DNA of 64,000 nt from Syntrophales bacterium (GCA_963662405.2 CAXXKT010000001.1:1184001-1248000); one strand, 5' to 3'. Shown: positions 38,409-48,172, counted from the first letter of the stretch. Notes: generated from the letters alone by a model not told the origin. Translations and numbers: made by a program.

Positions 38409-39935
38409 TTACGCTCCGACCTGCTGCCCCGCGATCCTGCCGAAGACGATACAATCGAGGACGGCACAGCTCCCGAGACGGACCGCGCCATGGACACCTC
38501 CGGCAATTTCGCCCGCGGCATAGAGTCCCGGAATCGGCTCGCGATCCAGCCCGATGACCTGCGCCTTCGTATTGATCTGGATCCCGCCCATGGTATGATG
38601 GACCTTGGGCCAGGCTCGGCAGGCATAGAAAGGCGCCGTTGCAATCGGCTTCGAGTCGGTCTGCATGTACCGGTCGAACTCCTCGTCCTTCCCCTGTTTC
38701 AGATATTTGTTCCAGTTGTCGATCGTCTCCTTCAGCGGTCCGACGGGGATCTTGTACGCGGCCGCCAGATCATCGATGGTATCGAATTTCTTGGCAACAC
38801 CCTTTGCAAGAATCTTTTCGAGAATGGGGACCCGTTTGACTCCTTCGCTGTCTGCAATCGTTACGGCGGGGTGCCCCGTCCTGATAATCGCGTCGGCCCG
38901 GATCTTCCGGTTGGCAAGCTCATTGATGAAACGCTTTCCCGTTTTCGGGTCGACCATCACGCCGTAGATAAAACCGGCCATGGCATTGAAGACATACCCG
39001 ATTCCCATTCCCTTCTCGTCGGGGCTGGTCCAGGGACCAAGCTGTATCCAGGAGATCTGGACAGGCGTCGCGCCGATCTTCAAGGCCTCCATCAGCACCT
39101 CACCCGTCGCCCCCGGCTGATTGGTGGAATCAACATCCGCCGTCAGCTTCGGGTCCTGAAGTGTCCGGAAATAAAGATCCCTGCTGAAACCACCGGAGGC
39201 AAGTACCACGCCCTTCTTCGCCTTCAGGTATTTCTCCTTCCCTGATTTTTCGTCGGGGAACCGGTAGCCGTCCTTGATCTTGAGGCCGGCGACCCGCCCG
39301 CTCTTGTCCTGGATAATCGCCGTGACATAGGCCTTGTTTCTCACCTCGATTCCGAGACCTTTCACCTTCTCCAGCTGTTTGTTGACGATGGCGGACCCGC
39401 TTCCGTTCCATGTGGAATAGCTACGCGGTACCGAATGACCGCCGAGGTGGGTAACACGGTCTTTGTACTTGACACCGAGGGACTCCGTCCACTCCGCCGC
39501 CTCTCGTGATTTCTCGGCGATCATCCCGGCCAGATCGGGGTGATTCATATACAGCCCCGCCTTCATCATATCCTGAAGGAGCAGTTCCGGTGAATCCTTG
39601 ATTCCTTCCGCTTCCTGTTTCGGAGAACCGGCAACGGCGAAGACACCGCCGTTGATGATCGAGTTCCCGCCTGATACCCGCATCTTTTCGAGAATCAGGA
39701 CCGACGCACCTTTCTGCTTCGCCTCGATAGCCGCCGCCAGACCGGCGAAGCCGCTCCCGATGACCACCACATCAAACTCCTCATCCCACTTCTGCGGCAT
39801 ATCGGCGCCGAATGCCTTCCGGGGACCGGCAAACAATGTCCCGGCTGCAACACCAGCCAGCGCCACTTCTCCCGTTGTCTTGAGAAATCCTCTCCGTGTA
39901 AATTCGCCGTGTCTGTCTGTCGTGTCTTTTCCCAT
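38409..39935 (-). CDS. Tat-exported flavocytochrome c flavoprotein subunit 3 (heme-less)
   Basis: TRRGFLK, IGSGFAG, IQLGPW, KVHHTMGG and HGAVRLGS; AGGAGG RBS. Confidence 0.92.
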   Translation of the reverse strand: MGKDTTDRHGEFTRRGFLKTTGEVALAGVAAGTLFAGPRKAFGADMPQKWDEEFDVVVIGSGFAGLAAAIEAKQKGASVLILEKMRVSGGNSIINGGVFAVAGSPKQEAEGIKDSPELLLQDMMKAGLYMNHPDLAGMIAEKSREAAEWTESLGVKYKDRVTHLGGHSVPRSYSTWNGSGSAIVNKQLEKVKGLGIEVRNKAYVTAIIQDKSGRVAGLKIKDGYRFPDEKSGKEKYLKAKKGVVLASGGFSRDLYFRTLQDPKLTADVDSTNQPGATGEVLMEALKIGATPVQISWIQLGPWTSPDEKGMGIGYVFNAMAGFIYGVMVDPKTGKRFINELANRKIRADAIIRTGHPAVTIADSEGVKRVPILEKILAKGVAKKFDTIDDLAAAYKIPVGPLKETIDNWNKYLKQGKDEEFDRYMQTDSKPIATAPFYACRAWPKVHHTMGGIQINTKAQVIGLDREPIPGLYAAGEIAGGVHGAVRLGSCAVLDCIVFGRIAGQQVGA

Positions 39936-40590
39936 GGTGAACCTCCTCATCTTTTAATGAAAAAAATCTCTTTTCCCAAACGCTTCCGCTGAGACTGGTG
40001 ATTGAACAATATCACCGAAACAGGTGGTAAAAAGCCCTCAGGCACGATATCCATGTTCCTCGTGAACATGGCCTAACACGAATCATGCCACCCCGAGATA
40101 ATTCGTTGGTACAACCCATGCCCCATGCAGAGGGAAAATTATGCTTGGGATCATGATGGTTTTCCCCGAAAACACTCAAGATATACCATCCGTAATGCCT
40201 GAACCTCTTGTCGTCAAGGCGGGCAGAGAGTGCTGTGCATGATTTCCCGGAAAAAGCTCCATAATGCCATCTTGGCACAACCACGTCACTATGGCATAAC
40301 ATCCCGCTCCCTGCCGCGATACCCACCAATGCCACCCCTGGTTTCATCTGGAGAAGGGTTCCCCGCGTCAGTCCCGAGAAACAATCGAAATTGCCGATGC
40401 CGCCATATCGGGGATAGAGAGCGGTCTCGAGATACGGGTACAAAAAGGAAAGATGGTGTACCGGAAGATACCAGACAAAGGATTCATTCGCTGCGGTGAA
40501 GCCCGTTCCGGGAATGAAAGGTCCTTCCCGAATGGTGCCCGACGGCGTGGTGCTGATCATACCCATAAGAAATAGTGCCCACTACTAGCC

Positions 40591-40650
40591 ATTGAAAGAT
40601 CACATCAACTAAGCTGATTATTTTCTAAAGCCTTTTTAAACAATAGTCAA
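40591..40650 (-). promoter_or_regulatory. Sigma70-type promoter homologous to 33537-33598
   Basis: TTGACT-17 nt-TAGAAA; shared TAAAAAG in the spacer and downstream TGATCTTTCAAT. Confidence 0.55.
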
Positions 40651-40843
40651 GAATAATTCGATTATCTTTGAGGCGAACACCGTGAGGAGGGGAGGGACGA
40701 TTGCCTCGGGACATCGGCTCCGGGATCTTCTCTATCCCCCTCCTTGCAGTTGTCCGGCAAATGGTATATCTGTCGGAACCGTGGTTGAAGAATATGGGCA
40801 GGGTTTTTTATCGATACAACAGACTTACGCTATGGAGGAACGG

Positions 40844-41608
40844 ATGAAGACGGTTGATTTTTCTCTGGAAGGAAAGGTGGCCCTGGTGACTGGGGCAAGC
40901 AGGGGTATCGGCGAGGCGATCGCCATGGCGCTGGCGGAATACGGGGCGCAGGTCATTCTGGTCAGCAGGAAACTGGAAGCACTGAAAGAGGTTGCAGACA
41001 AGATCGCAGAGCAAGGCGGATCGGCGGTACCGATCCCGTGCAACATGGGACAGATTGAGAAGATCGGTGAGCTTTTCTCCGAGGTCAAGGGAAAATTCGG
41101 GCGGCTCGATATCCTCGTTAACAATGCCGCGACGAATCCCTACTTCGGCGAGATGCTGGGGGCCGACGAGGGTGTCTGGGACAAGACCAACGGCGTGAAC
41201 CTGAAAGGACCCTTCTTTATGATCCAGAACGCAGCGCGGTTGATGACCGAGAGCGGCGGCGGCGCGATCGTGAACGTGGCATCGGTCAACGGGATCAGTC
41301 CCGCCCTTTTCCAGGGGATCTATTCCATCACCAAGGCCGCGATGATCAGCATGACAAAGGCCTACGCTCAGGAGCTCGCGGGGGCGAATATCAGGGTCAA
41401 TGCCCTCCTCCCGGGGTTGACCGAGACCAAGTTTGCCTCGGCCCTCTTCACGAATGACGATATCTATAAAACCGTGGTGGAAAAAGTGCCGATGCACCGG
41501 CACGCCGCCCCCATGGAGATGGCGGGAGCGGTGCTCTATCTCGTTTCCGATGCCTCTTCCTACACAACGGGAACCTGTATCACCTGCGATGGCGGCGGGC
41601 TTATCTAA
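40844..41608 (+). CDS. Short-chain dehydrogenase/reductase
   Basis: TGASRGIG, LVNNAATNP and YSITK catalytic motifs; GGAGG RBS. Confidence 0.93.
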   Translation: MKTVDFSLEGKVALVTGASRGIGEAIAMALAEYGAQVILVSRKLEALKEVADKIAEQGGSAVPIPCNMGQIEKIGELFSEVKGKFGRLDILVNNAATNPYFGEMLGADEGVWDKTNGVNLKGPFFMIQNAARLMTESGGGAIVNVASVNGISPALFQGIYSITKAAMISMTKAYAQELAGANIRVNALLPGLTETKFASALFTNDDIYKTVVEKVPMHRHAAPMEMAGAVLYLVSDASSYTTGTCITCDGGGLI

Positions 41609-41619
41609 CGATACCACCG

Positions 41620-41652
41620 AACGGGGACGGGCGATCCCGTCCCCGTTTTTTT
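41620..41652 (+). terminator. Intrinsic terminator between convergent genes
   Basis: AACGGGGACGGG-CGAT-CCCGTCCCCGTTTTTTT. Confidence 0.85.
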
Positions 41653-41653
41653 C

Positions 41654-42562
41654 CTATTTGATCAGATTCTTGCTCTTCAGCCACTCCATGGCCACATCAT
41701 GGACCTGCCGGTGGTCCACATCCACGGCCTTATTCAACTGCTGCATCTCTTCGGTGGTCAGGTTGTCGGCAATCGGTTTCAATATGGTTTCGATCTCGGG
41801 ATACGTGTCAAGGACTCCCTTCCTGACGACGGGTACGGGATTGTACACGGGGAAGAAGTACTTGTCGTCTTCAAGATTGACAAAACCGAAGGCGGCGATC
41901 CTGCCATCGGTTGCGAAACCCATTGCGGAATTGACCAGCCCCTTCTGCAACGCCTGGTAGGTAAGACCGACCGACATCTTCTTGACCTGCCTGGCGGGCA
42001 GTTTAAAATGATAGGTTTTCATGATCCCTTTAAATCCGTCAGGGCGTTCCCAGAATTCCGAATCCAAGGCGAATATGAGCTTATCCGGATTTTTCGTGAC
42101 GTAGACGCCCAGATCGGAGATACTCTTGATCCCGAGTTTCTCCGCTTCCGTCTTCCGCATCATCAGGGTATAGGTGTTGTTGAACCGGACGGGATCGAGC
42201 CAGACAAGTCCCTTTTCAGCGTCGGCTGTTTTCACCCAGTCATACACCTTCTCGGGGACGGTCATGGTCTTTGTGTCCTTCTGCTTGTAATACAGGGTGT
42301 ATGCCGTCCCCGTATACTCATAATAGAGATCGACCTGGGCATTTTCCAGTGATTTCCTGGCGATTACCGATCCAACCCCCGTCTTCAGCGAGACGTTGAA
42401 CCCCTCCTGCCCGAGAAGGATGCCGGCAAGCTCCGGAAGCAGGAGCTGTTCCGTAAAGTTCTTGCCGCCAACGATAAGGTTTTTCTCCCCGCCGACGGCA
42501 GCGCCCGAAAGTGAGAATATGGTAACAATAACCAGACAGACAGTATATTTCAATATCCGCAT
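41654..42562 (-). CDS. OpuC/OsmX-type osmoprotectant ABC substrate-binding protein
   Basis: VGGKNFTEQ, EYTGT, FNNTY, ERPDG and FFPVY motifs. Confidence 0.92.
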   Translation of the reverse strand: MRILKYTVCLVIVTIFSLSGAAVGGEKNLIVGGKNFTEQLLLPELAGILLGQEGFNVSLKTGVGSVIARKSLENAQVDLYYEYTGTAYTLYYKQKDTKTMTVPEKVYDWVKTADAEKGLVWLDPVRFNNTYTLMMRKTEAEKLGIKSISDLGVYVTKNPDKLIFALDSEFWERPDGFKGIMKTYHFKLPARQVKKMSVGLTYQALQKGLVNSAMGFATDGRIAAFGFVNLEDDKYFFPVYNPVPVVRKGVLDTYPEIETILKPIADNLTTEEMQQLNKAVDVDHRQVHDVAMEWLKSKNLIK

Positions 42563-42617
42563 AATACTACCTCCTTTTTTGACTCTCGGTGCACCGCGGA
42601 GCACCGTGTGTGATGGT

Positions 42618-43349
42618 TCAATCCGAAAGACGGAGCCCTTTCGAAACCAGAAGCAGCCCCATAAGCTCAGAGAGAAAATCCGCAAAAAGTGCCAGCAGCG
42701 TTACCGGAATAGCGCCGGCCAGCAGCTTGTCCGTTTGCATAAGGCTGATTCCCGTAAATATCAGATCTCCCAGGCCTCCGGCCCCGATGACATAAGCGAG
42801 CGCGGCGGTCCCGATATTGATTATCAGGGCCACCCTGAATCCCGTGAGAATCACCGTCATGGCATTCGGTATCTCCACCTCCATCAGAATCCTGATGGGA
42901 GGCATTCCCATGCCTTTCCCGGCGTCGATCAGCTCCGGGGGTACCGCTGTAATCCCGGCAAGGGTATTGCGTGCGATGGGGAGGATGGAATAGATAGTCA
43001 GGGCAAAGATGGCCGGCTTTGTGCCGATACCCAGGAAACTCATTGCCAACGCGAGAACGGCAAGGGAGGGGATGGTTTGTCCCAGTCCGATAGTATACAT
43101 GCATATACCGGCATATCTGCGCAACCGTTTTCTGGTCAGTAAAATACCCGCCGTTACTCCTATGACCGTGGCGATGCTCATACTGACCGTTACTATGTAC
43201 AGATGCTGGACGAACAATTCCATGATAACGGGATATTCGTATGGGTCGGAGAGTAACTCTATAAGCCCGGTCCGTTCGGCAACCACGCCCACGGCAAGAA
43301 TCACAATCGCCAGTATGACCCGATACAATTTTATCAGTAGTCTTATCAT
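42618..43349 (-). CDS. Osmoprotectant ABC permease
   Basis: QTIPSLAVLA, DAGKGMGM and IGAGGLG motifs. Confidence 0.92.
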   Translation of the reverse strand: MIRLLIKLYRVILAIVILAVGVVAERTGLIELLSDPYEYPVIMELFVQHLYIVTVSMSIATVIGVTAGILLTRKRLRRYAGICMYTIGLGQTIPSLAVLALAMSFLGIGTKPAIFALTIYSILPIARNTLAGITAVPPELIDAGKGMGMPPIRILMEVEIPNAMTVILTGFRVALIINIGTAALAYVIGAGGLGDLIFTGISLMQTDKLLAGAIPVTLLALFADFLSELMGLLLVSKGLRLSD

Positions 43350-44014
43350 CGCGCGAGTTTCCTCTGTACCTTGATGCCTTCGGGCGTCGCGAGCCGTTCC
43401 AGCAGGGCCATTCCACCGTCAACGATTATGGCGAGGAGGGAAACCAGTATGGCACCGCTCAGTATCATCTCCGGATACACGCGGGCAATACCCTGCTGGA
43501 TGTATACACCCAGCCCTCCCGCCCCGATATAGGTGGCGATAGCGGCAATGCCGATATTCATGACGGCGGCCGTCCTCAACCCCGCAATGATGACGGGGGT
43601 GGCCAGCGGGATTTCCAATTCTCTCAGGAGTTTCCATTTGCCCATCCCCATACCTCTGCCCGCGTCCACCAGGGAAGGAGGAACATTCTGGATGGCCGTA
43701 TAGGTGTTCCTGATGATAGGGAGCTGACTGTACAGAACCAGGGCTATCACGGCAGGGACCTTGCCCAACCCCATATTGACTATCGCAAGGGCAGGGAGCA
43801 TCAGCCCGAAGAGGGCAATGGAGGGTATCGTCATGAGGATGTTGGCGCCGTTCAAGACCCGGGACGCGAGCTGCTCGCGTTTCGTAATGACGATGCCCAG
43901 AATCACGCCGATGGGTGTGGCTATAAGGAGTGCTACCCCCACAATCCATATATGCTCCCAGGAGAGGTACAGAACCTCGCCAAAGTTATCAGCCATAAAT
44001 CGCAGCGTGCTCAT
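43346..44014 (-). CDS. Osmoprotectant ABC permease
   Basis: TIPSIALFG, DAGRGMGM and YIGAGGLG motifs. Confidence 0.92.
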   Translation of the reverse strand: MSTLRFMADNFGEVLYLSWEHIWIVGVALLIATPIGVILGIVITKREQLASRVLNGANILMTIPSIALFGLMLPALAIVNMGLGKVPAVIALVLYSQLPIIRNTYTAIQNVPPSLVDAGRGMGMGKWKLLRELEIPLATPVIIAGLRTAAVMNIGIAAIATYIGAGGLGVYIQQGIARVYPEMILSGAILVSLLAIIVDGGMALLERLATPEGIKVQRKLAR

Positions 44015-45159
44015 CCCGAGGCCCCATTTTCACCGGCTTCCGCCTCATCGGCGTAACTCTCCCTGACCACCTTCTGTATATCGTTGTACGTGACTGTCCC
44101 CGCAAATCGACCATTCTCGTCCAGGGCGCAGAAGGTGACCTCATCGTGCATCAACATGAAGGAGAGGACATCACGCAGCGAGGTCCTCTCCTTGAGAAAG
44201 AGGGGGTAGTGTTCCACCAGATCCCGCACCGGCCCGTTTTCATACTTGAGGATCTTTGGTGTGACATGCCCGATAGGGCGGTCGTTCTCGATCACGATAC
44301 CGTAACGGAATCCCTTCTCGTCGAGAAAGTGCAGGGCATCCGGGGCATTGTCCCCTCCGCGTATAATATTCTTCGGTCTCCGGTTGATCACGTCGGAAAC
44401 CTGCATGAGCCCGAGGACCTTCAGCGCCCGATCGGCACCGACGAAGTCGGCGACGAACTTGTTTTTGGGCTGTGTCAGGATCACCTCCGGTGTCTCGTAC
44501 TGTATCAGGCGTCCCCGGTCGAAGAGGGCGATACGGTCTCCCATCTTGATCGCCTCGTGGATGTCGTGCGAGACGAAGGCGATCGTCTTCTTCAGTTTTG
44601 CCTGGAGCTTGAGGAATTCGTTCTGGATCTGCTCCCGGTTGATGGGGTCGATGGCACCAAAGGGTTCGTCCATAAGCAGTATGTCGGGGTCCGCGGCAAG
44701 CCCCCGAGCTACCCCCACCCTCTGTTGCTGGCCGCCGGAGAGTTCGGCGGGGTAACGGTCCCTGTACAGCGCAGGTTCCAGGTTAGTCATTTGAAGCAGG
44801 TCATCAATTCGCTGACTGATACGTCCTTTATCCCACCCCAGGAGTTTGGGAACAACGGCGATGTTATCGGCGATGGTTTTATTCGGGAAGAGACCGATGG
44901 CCTGGATGACATACCCCAGCCGCTGCCTGAGTTCCACCACATCCAGGTCCATGATATTCTGATTGTCGATGGTGATGTTTCCCCGCGTGAGGGTCTCCAG
45001 GCGGTTGGTCAGGCGCAGCGTCGTGGTCTTGCCGCACCCCGAGGGTCCGAGAAAAACGACGATTTCTCCCTGTGGTATGGTGAAACTGACATTGTCGAGG
45101 GCCGTGACGGCGTCCCTCCCCGTACCGAATATCTTGGTGACAGATTCGTAGGTAATCAT
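44011..45159 (-). CDS. Osmoprotectant ABC ATPase with C-terminal CBS pair
   Basis: GPSGCGKTT, YPAELSGGQQQRVG, MDEPFGAIDP and FVADFVG motifs. Confidence 0.93.
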   Translation of the reverse strand: MITYESVTKIFGTGRDAVTALDNVSFTIPQGEIVVFLGPSGCGKTTTLRLTNRLETLTRGNITIDNQNIMDLDVVELRQRLGYVIQAIGLFPNKTIADNIAVVPKLLGWDKGRISQRIDDLLQMTNLEPALYRDRYPAELSGGQQQRVGVARGLAADPDILLMDEPFGAIDPINREQIQNEFLKLQAKLKKTIAFVSHDIHEAIKMGDRIALFDRGRLIQYETPEVILTQPKNKFVADFVGADRALKVLGLMQVSDVINRRPKNIIRGGDNAPDALHFLDEKGFRYGIVIENDRPIGHVTPKILKYENGPVRDLVEHYPLFLKERTSLRDVLSFMLMHDEVTFCALDENGRFAGTVTYNDIQKVVRESYADEAEAGENGASG

Positions 45160-45337
45160 GAGACCCCTCTTCGATCTGCAAAACAGTTTCGGAACAACGA
45201 TCTAATAACAATGTATGATGTTTCTTGATTCGTTTCTTCAGTCCCGTAAGGTCGCATAAGAGGGTGAACATGCACGCTTCACCCCACCGGAGACGCAAGC
45301 AGCGGGTTCCGAAACACCTGGGATGGTTTGACCACAC

Positions 45338-45385
45338 AATGTTTGTGTAAAAACATTTTGTAACACATCCGATATTTCCTGTCAA
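45338..45385 (-). promoter_or_regulatory. Promoter and operator-like inverted repeat of the opu operon
   Basis: TTGACA-17 nt-TACAAA; AATGTTT-N6-AAACATT at 45338-45357 covers the expected start site. Confidence 0.55.
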
Positions 45386-45503
45386 ATCAGAGGTGCCGGC
45401 CGGAAGAAAGTACGTTGAGACACGGAGAAGAGGGCGGGGCGTGCCCTTTTCGGGGATATGGGGAGCGGTGAGGGGACGGCATGAAATGGTGCGATCTGGA
45501 AGG

Positions 45504-46240
45504 TCATGCCTCTGAGTTCAATTGTTCCAGGGCCTCGGAAATGCGTTTCCTCACCAGAGTGGCTGTTTCCTCAGGGCGGAACCCCTGAAATGACGCAGAG
45601 GGTATCTCTTCGAGGATTCTGACCGTCATGCGCTGCGTGCCGTGAAAATTCAGGCTGTCTCTCGGAAGGGCGTCTCGTGTGCCGTTGATGGCAATGGGGA
45701 GGATCGGGATCTTGTTGCTGTGGGCCAGGATAAAGACCCCCGGTTTGAACGGTTTGACGGCACCGGTTTTCGATCGCGTCCCTTCGGGAAGAGAAAGACG
45801 GAACTCCCTCCGGCGAGTGCCGTGGTGCAATCCCCCAACATTCTTTGTACGCTCCTCTTGTTTCCCCTGACCAGCTTGATGGAGCGGTTCAGGGTCATAT
45901 TCCATCCCACGAAGGGGATCCGGAATATCTCCACCTTCGATACCCACTTGAAGGGGAAAAATATGCGGAATGTGACAACTATGTCGAGAAGGGACTGATG
46001 GTTGGAAACGATCACATATGTCTTCTACCCAATATATTTTCTCCCCTTGATCGAACCCTTCCACGAGGGCATCACCCAGATATAGATTGATGCCCAGAAG
46101 GAATTGAAATAATGAAGGATGCGGAGACGTTTGTCGAAGAGGACGGTCGTCAGACATATGATCAGGGCCAGCAGGAATAGGACCATGCTGGAGAGTGCGA
46201 TAAATGAGAGAAAGAGGACCGAAATGATACGATTTGTCAT
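45504..46240 (-). pseudogene. plsC: Disrupted 1-acyl-sn-glycerol-3-phosphate acyltransferase (PlsC family)
   Basis: SNHQSLLD and (F)PEGTRS motifs; in-frame TAG at 46025-46027 and a 1-nt deletion in the FPEG codons near 45785. Confidence 0.88.
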
Positions 46241-46612
46241 CTGAGCATACTCCTCAATCGCCGAATGCTTGTACCGCCCGGTGATATGCACCGAAAGAGT
46301 GAAGAAAACAATTCAAGAAGTTCCGGTCTGTGTTATTCTTGCCGGTGTGTATCCGGTCCTCTTCCTGCGGTTTGTCCCCTATACGGAACTCCGTTCATTC
46401 CTGTCAATACAAAGGACAGCAGGGGTGCCCTTTCTCGGTTAACCTCTTATTCCCAGTGCCCCGTCTCTCTGTTGGTGAAGAGAGGTCTGCCCCCGCGTGA
46501 GGTGAAGCCCATAACTAGCTGTTAACGCGGTTTATTTTTTGATTAAGGAGAAGGGGGTCGCCGAGTATCCGTATATGATGAAATATTTTTATTGATAATC
46601 GAGTATGTTTTC

Positions 46613-46639
46613 TAAAGAAAATTGATTATATGCCGATGA
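46613..46639 (+). promoter_or_regulatory. Sigma28 (FliA)-type promoter
   Basis: TAAAGAAA-N11-GCCGATGA vs consensus TAAAGTTT-N11-GCCGATAA. Confidence 0.65.
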
Positions 46640-46771
46640 TGCACTTGGAAGGTCATCTGTCTCGGGTGAATGTCACCGCATGCTTTTAGGGGGGAGTAGG
46701 GGGAGAGGTGTGTCGATCCGAACATCTCTCAGTACGGGTTCAGACATACTCACGAAGGAAAGGTGCTGTCA

Positions 46772-48172
46772 ATGGACTCGCCGAAGATATTGATAGTGGA
46801 CGACAGTCCCACGACTCGAACTTCTTTGTCAAGGCGACTCGAGCAACTCGGGAACCGGGTCGTCCAGGCGCAGGACGGGCAACAGGGTCTCGAAAGAGCT
46901 CTCACGGGCAGATTTGATCTAATCATCTCCGATGTGGATATGCCGCATATGGATGGTTTCACCTTCTGCAAAGAGATCAAGAACAATCCTGCCACCAGAA
47001 GCGTTCCGGTTGTTATGTTGAGTTCTTTGGATGACGACCGGAACATTGACAGAGGTTTTCAGTCGGGTGCCTCGGCCTACGTCTCGAAGGCCGAGGCGCA
47101 GGAAGAGCTGTATGCGACCGTTGCGCGGGTTCTCGACCAGTTCAAGTCTCACCACAGACACCTGATCCTCGTTGTCGACGACTCACCGACGATCCGGAGC
47201 CTGGTAGGAGGCGAGCTTGAATCCGCCGGCTTTCGGGTCTCCATTGCCAAAGACGGAAAAGACGCCTTGGCGGCGCTTGAAAAGGAACCCCCGAATCTCA
47301 TCCTCAGCGATATCAATATGCCCGTCATGGACGGGATTGCGTTGTGTAAGACTATCCACGAAAACAATGGCTGGGCCGATATCCCCTTTGTGACGATGAG
47401 CACCAATAGCGACCGGGCAATTATGCGGCGCATGCTGGAATGGGGGGCGTCCGCCTATCTGGTCAAGCCCTTCAATCTTGAGCAGCTGGTTATTACGATC
47501 GAAAAATTGCTTTCGGACCATTTCCTGATTGTTTTCAAGGACAAACAGCGGCTTGAAGCGGAACGGAGAATGATGCTGGCGAGCATTACCAGTCTCGTCG
47601 TGGCCCTTGAGGCACGTGATCACTATACACGGGGACATTCCGAATCCGTGTCTCTCCTCGTCTCCAAAATGGGTGCCCAGATGGGGCTGGCACCGGAGGA
47701 GATCGATTCGCTCGGGATTGCGGGGAGGCTGCATGATATCGGGAAGATCGGCATCCCCGATCACATACTCCTCAAGCCGGGGCGTCTAACCGAAGCCGAA
47801 TTTTCGATTGTCAAGGAGCACCCGTTGACGGGGGTACAGATCCTCGGCTCGATTCCGAGCATGCAGGATATCATGCCGGTGATCAGGCATCATCACGAAC
47901 GGTTTGACGGGACGGGGTATCCTGATGGACTCAAGGGGAACCAGATCCCCTTGTGGGCCCGGATGACGGCTGTTGCGGATACCTATGACGCCCTGATCAG
48001 TGATCGCCCCTACCGGAAGGGGATGTCGCAGGGGAAGGCGTTGAACATCATTGAAGACGTGAGGGGAACCCAGTTGTGCCCGGACTGTGTGGATGTCTTT
48101 ATCAAATTCATTTTCGATTGTGAGGAAGGTGTTTCCTGTGAAGGGGAGAAAATCGTATCCGTTTCCGTCTGA
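46772..48172 (+). CDS. REC-REC-HD-GYP response regulator (cyclic-dinucleotide phosphodiesterase)
   Basis: Two ILxVDDSPT...D.xMP.MDG receiver domains; LHDIGK and HHERFDGTGYP. Confidence 0.94.
   Translation: MDSPKILIVDDSPTTRTSLSRRLEQLGNRVVQAQDGQQGLERALTGRFDLIISDVDMPHMDGFTFCKEIKNNPATRSVPVVMLSSLDDDRNIDRGFQSGASAYVSKAEAQEELYATVARVLDQFKSHHRHLILVVDDSPTIRSLVGGELESAGFRVSIAKDGKDALAALEKEPPNLILSDINMPVMDGIALCKTIHENNGWADIPFVTMSTNSDRAIMRRMLEWGASAYLVKPFNLEQLVITIEKLLSDHFLIVFKDKQRLEAERRMMLASITSLVVALEARDHYTRGHSESVSLLVSKMGAQMGLAPEEIDSLGIAGRLHDIGKIGIPDHILLKPGRLTEAEFSIVKEHPLTGVQILGSIPSMQDIMPVIRHHHERFDGTGYPDGLKGNQIPLWARMTAVADTYDALISDRPYRKGMSQGKALNIIEDVRGTQLCPDCVDVFIKFIFDCEEGVSCEGEKIVSVSV

Noticed and set aside
40012..40566. 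184-aa minus-strand ORF upstream of reductase 3
   Set aside because: No RBS, atypical composition and no motif; treated as non-coding.
46025..46027. In-frame amber codon read as pyrrolysine or readthrough
   Set aside because: The same gene also has a frameshift in a conserved motif, and no pyl genes are visible in the window.
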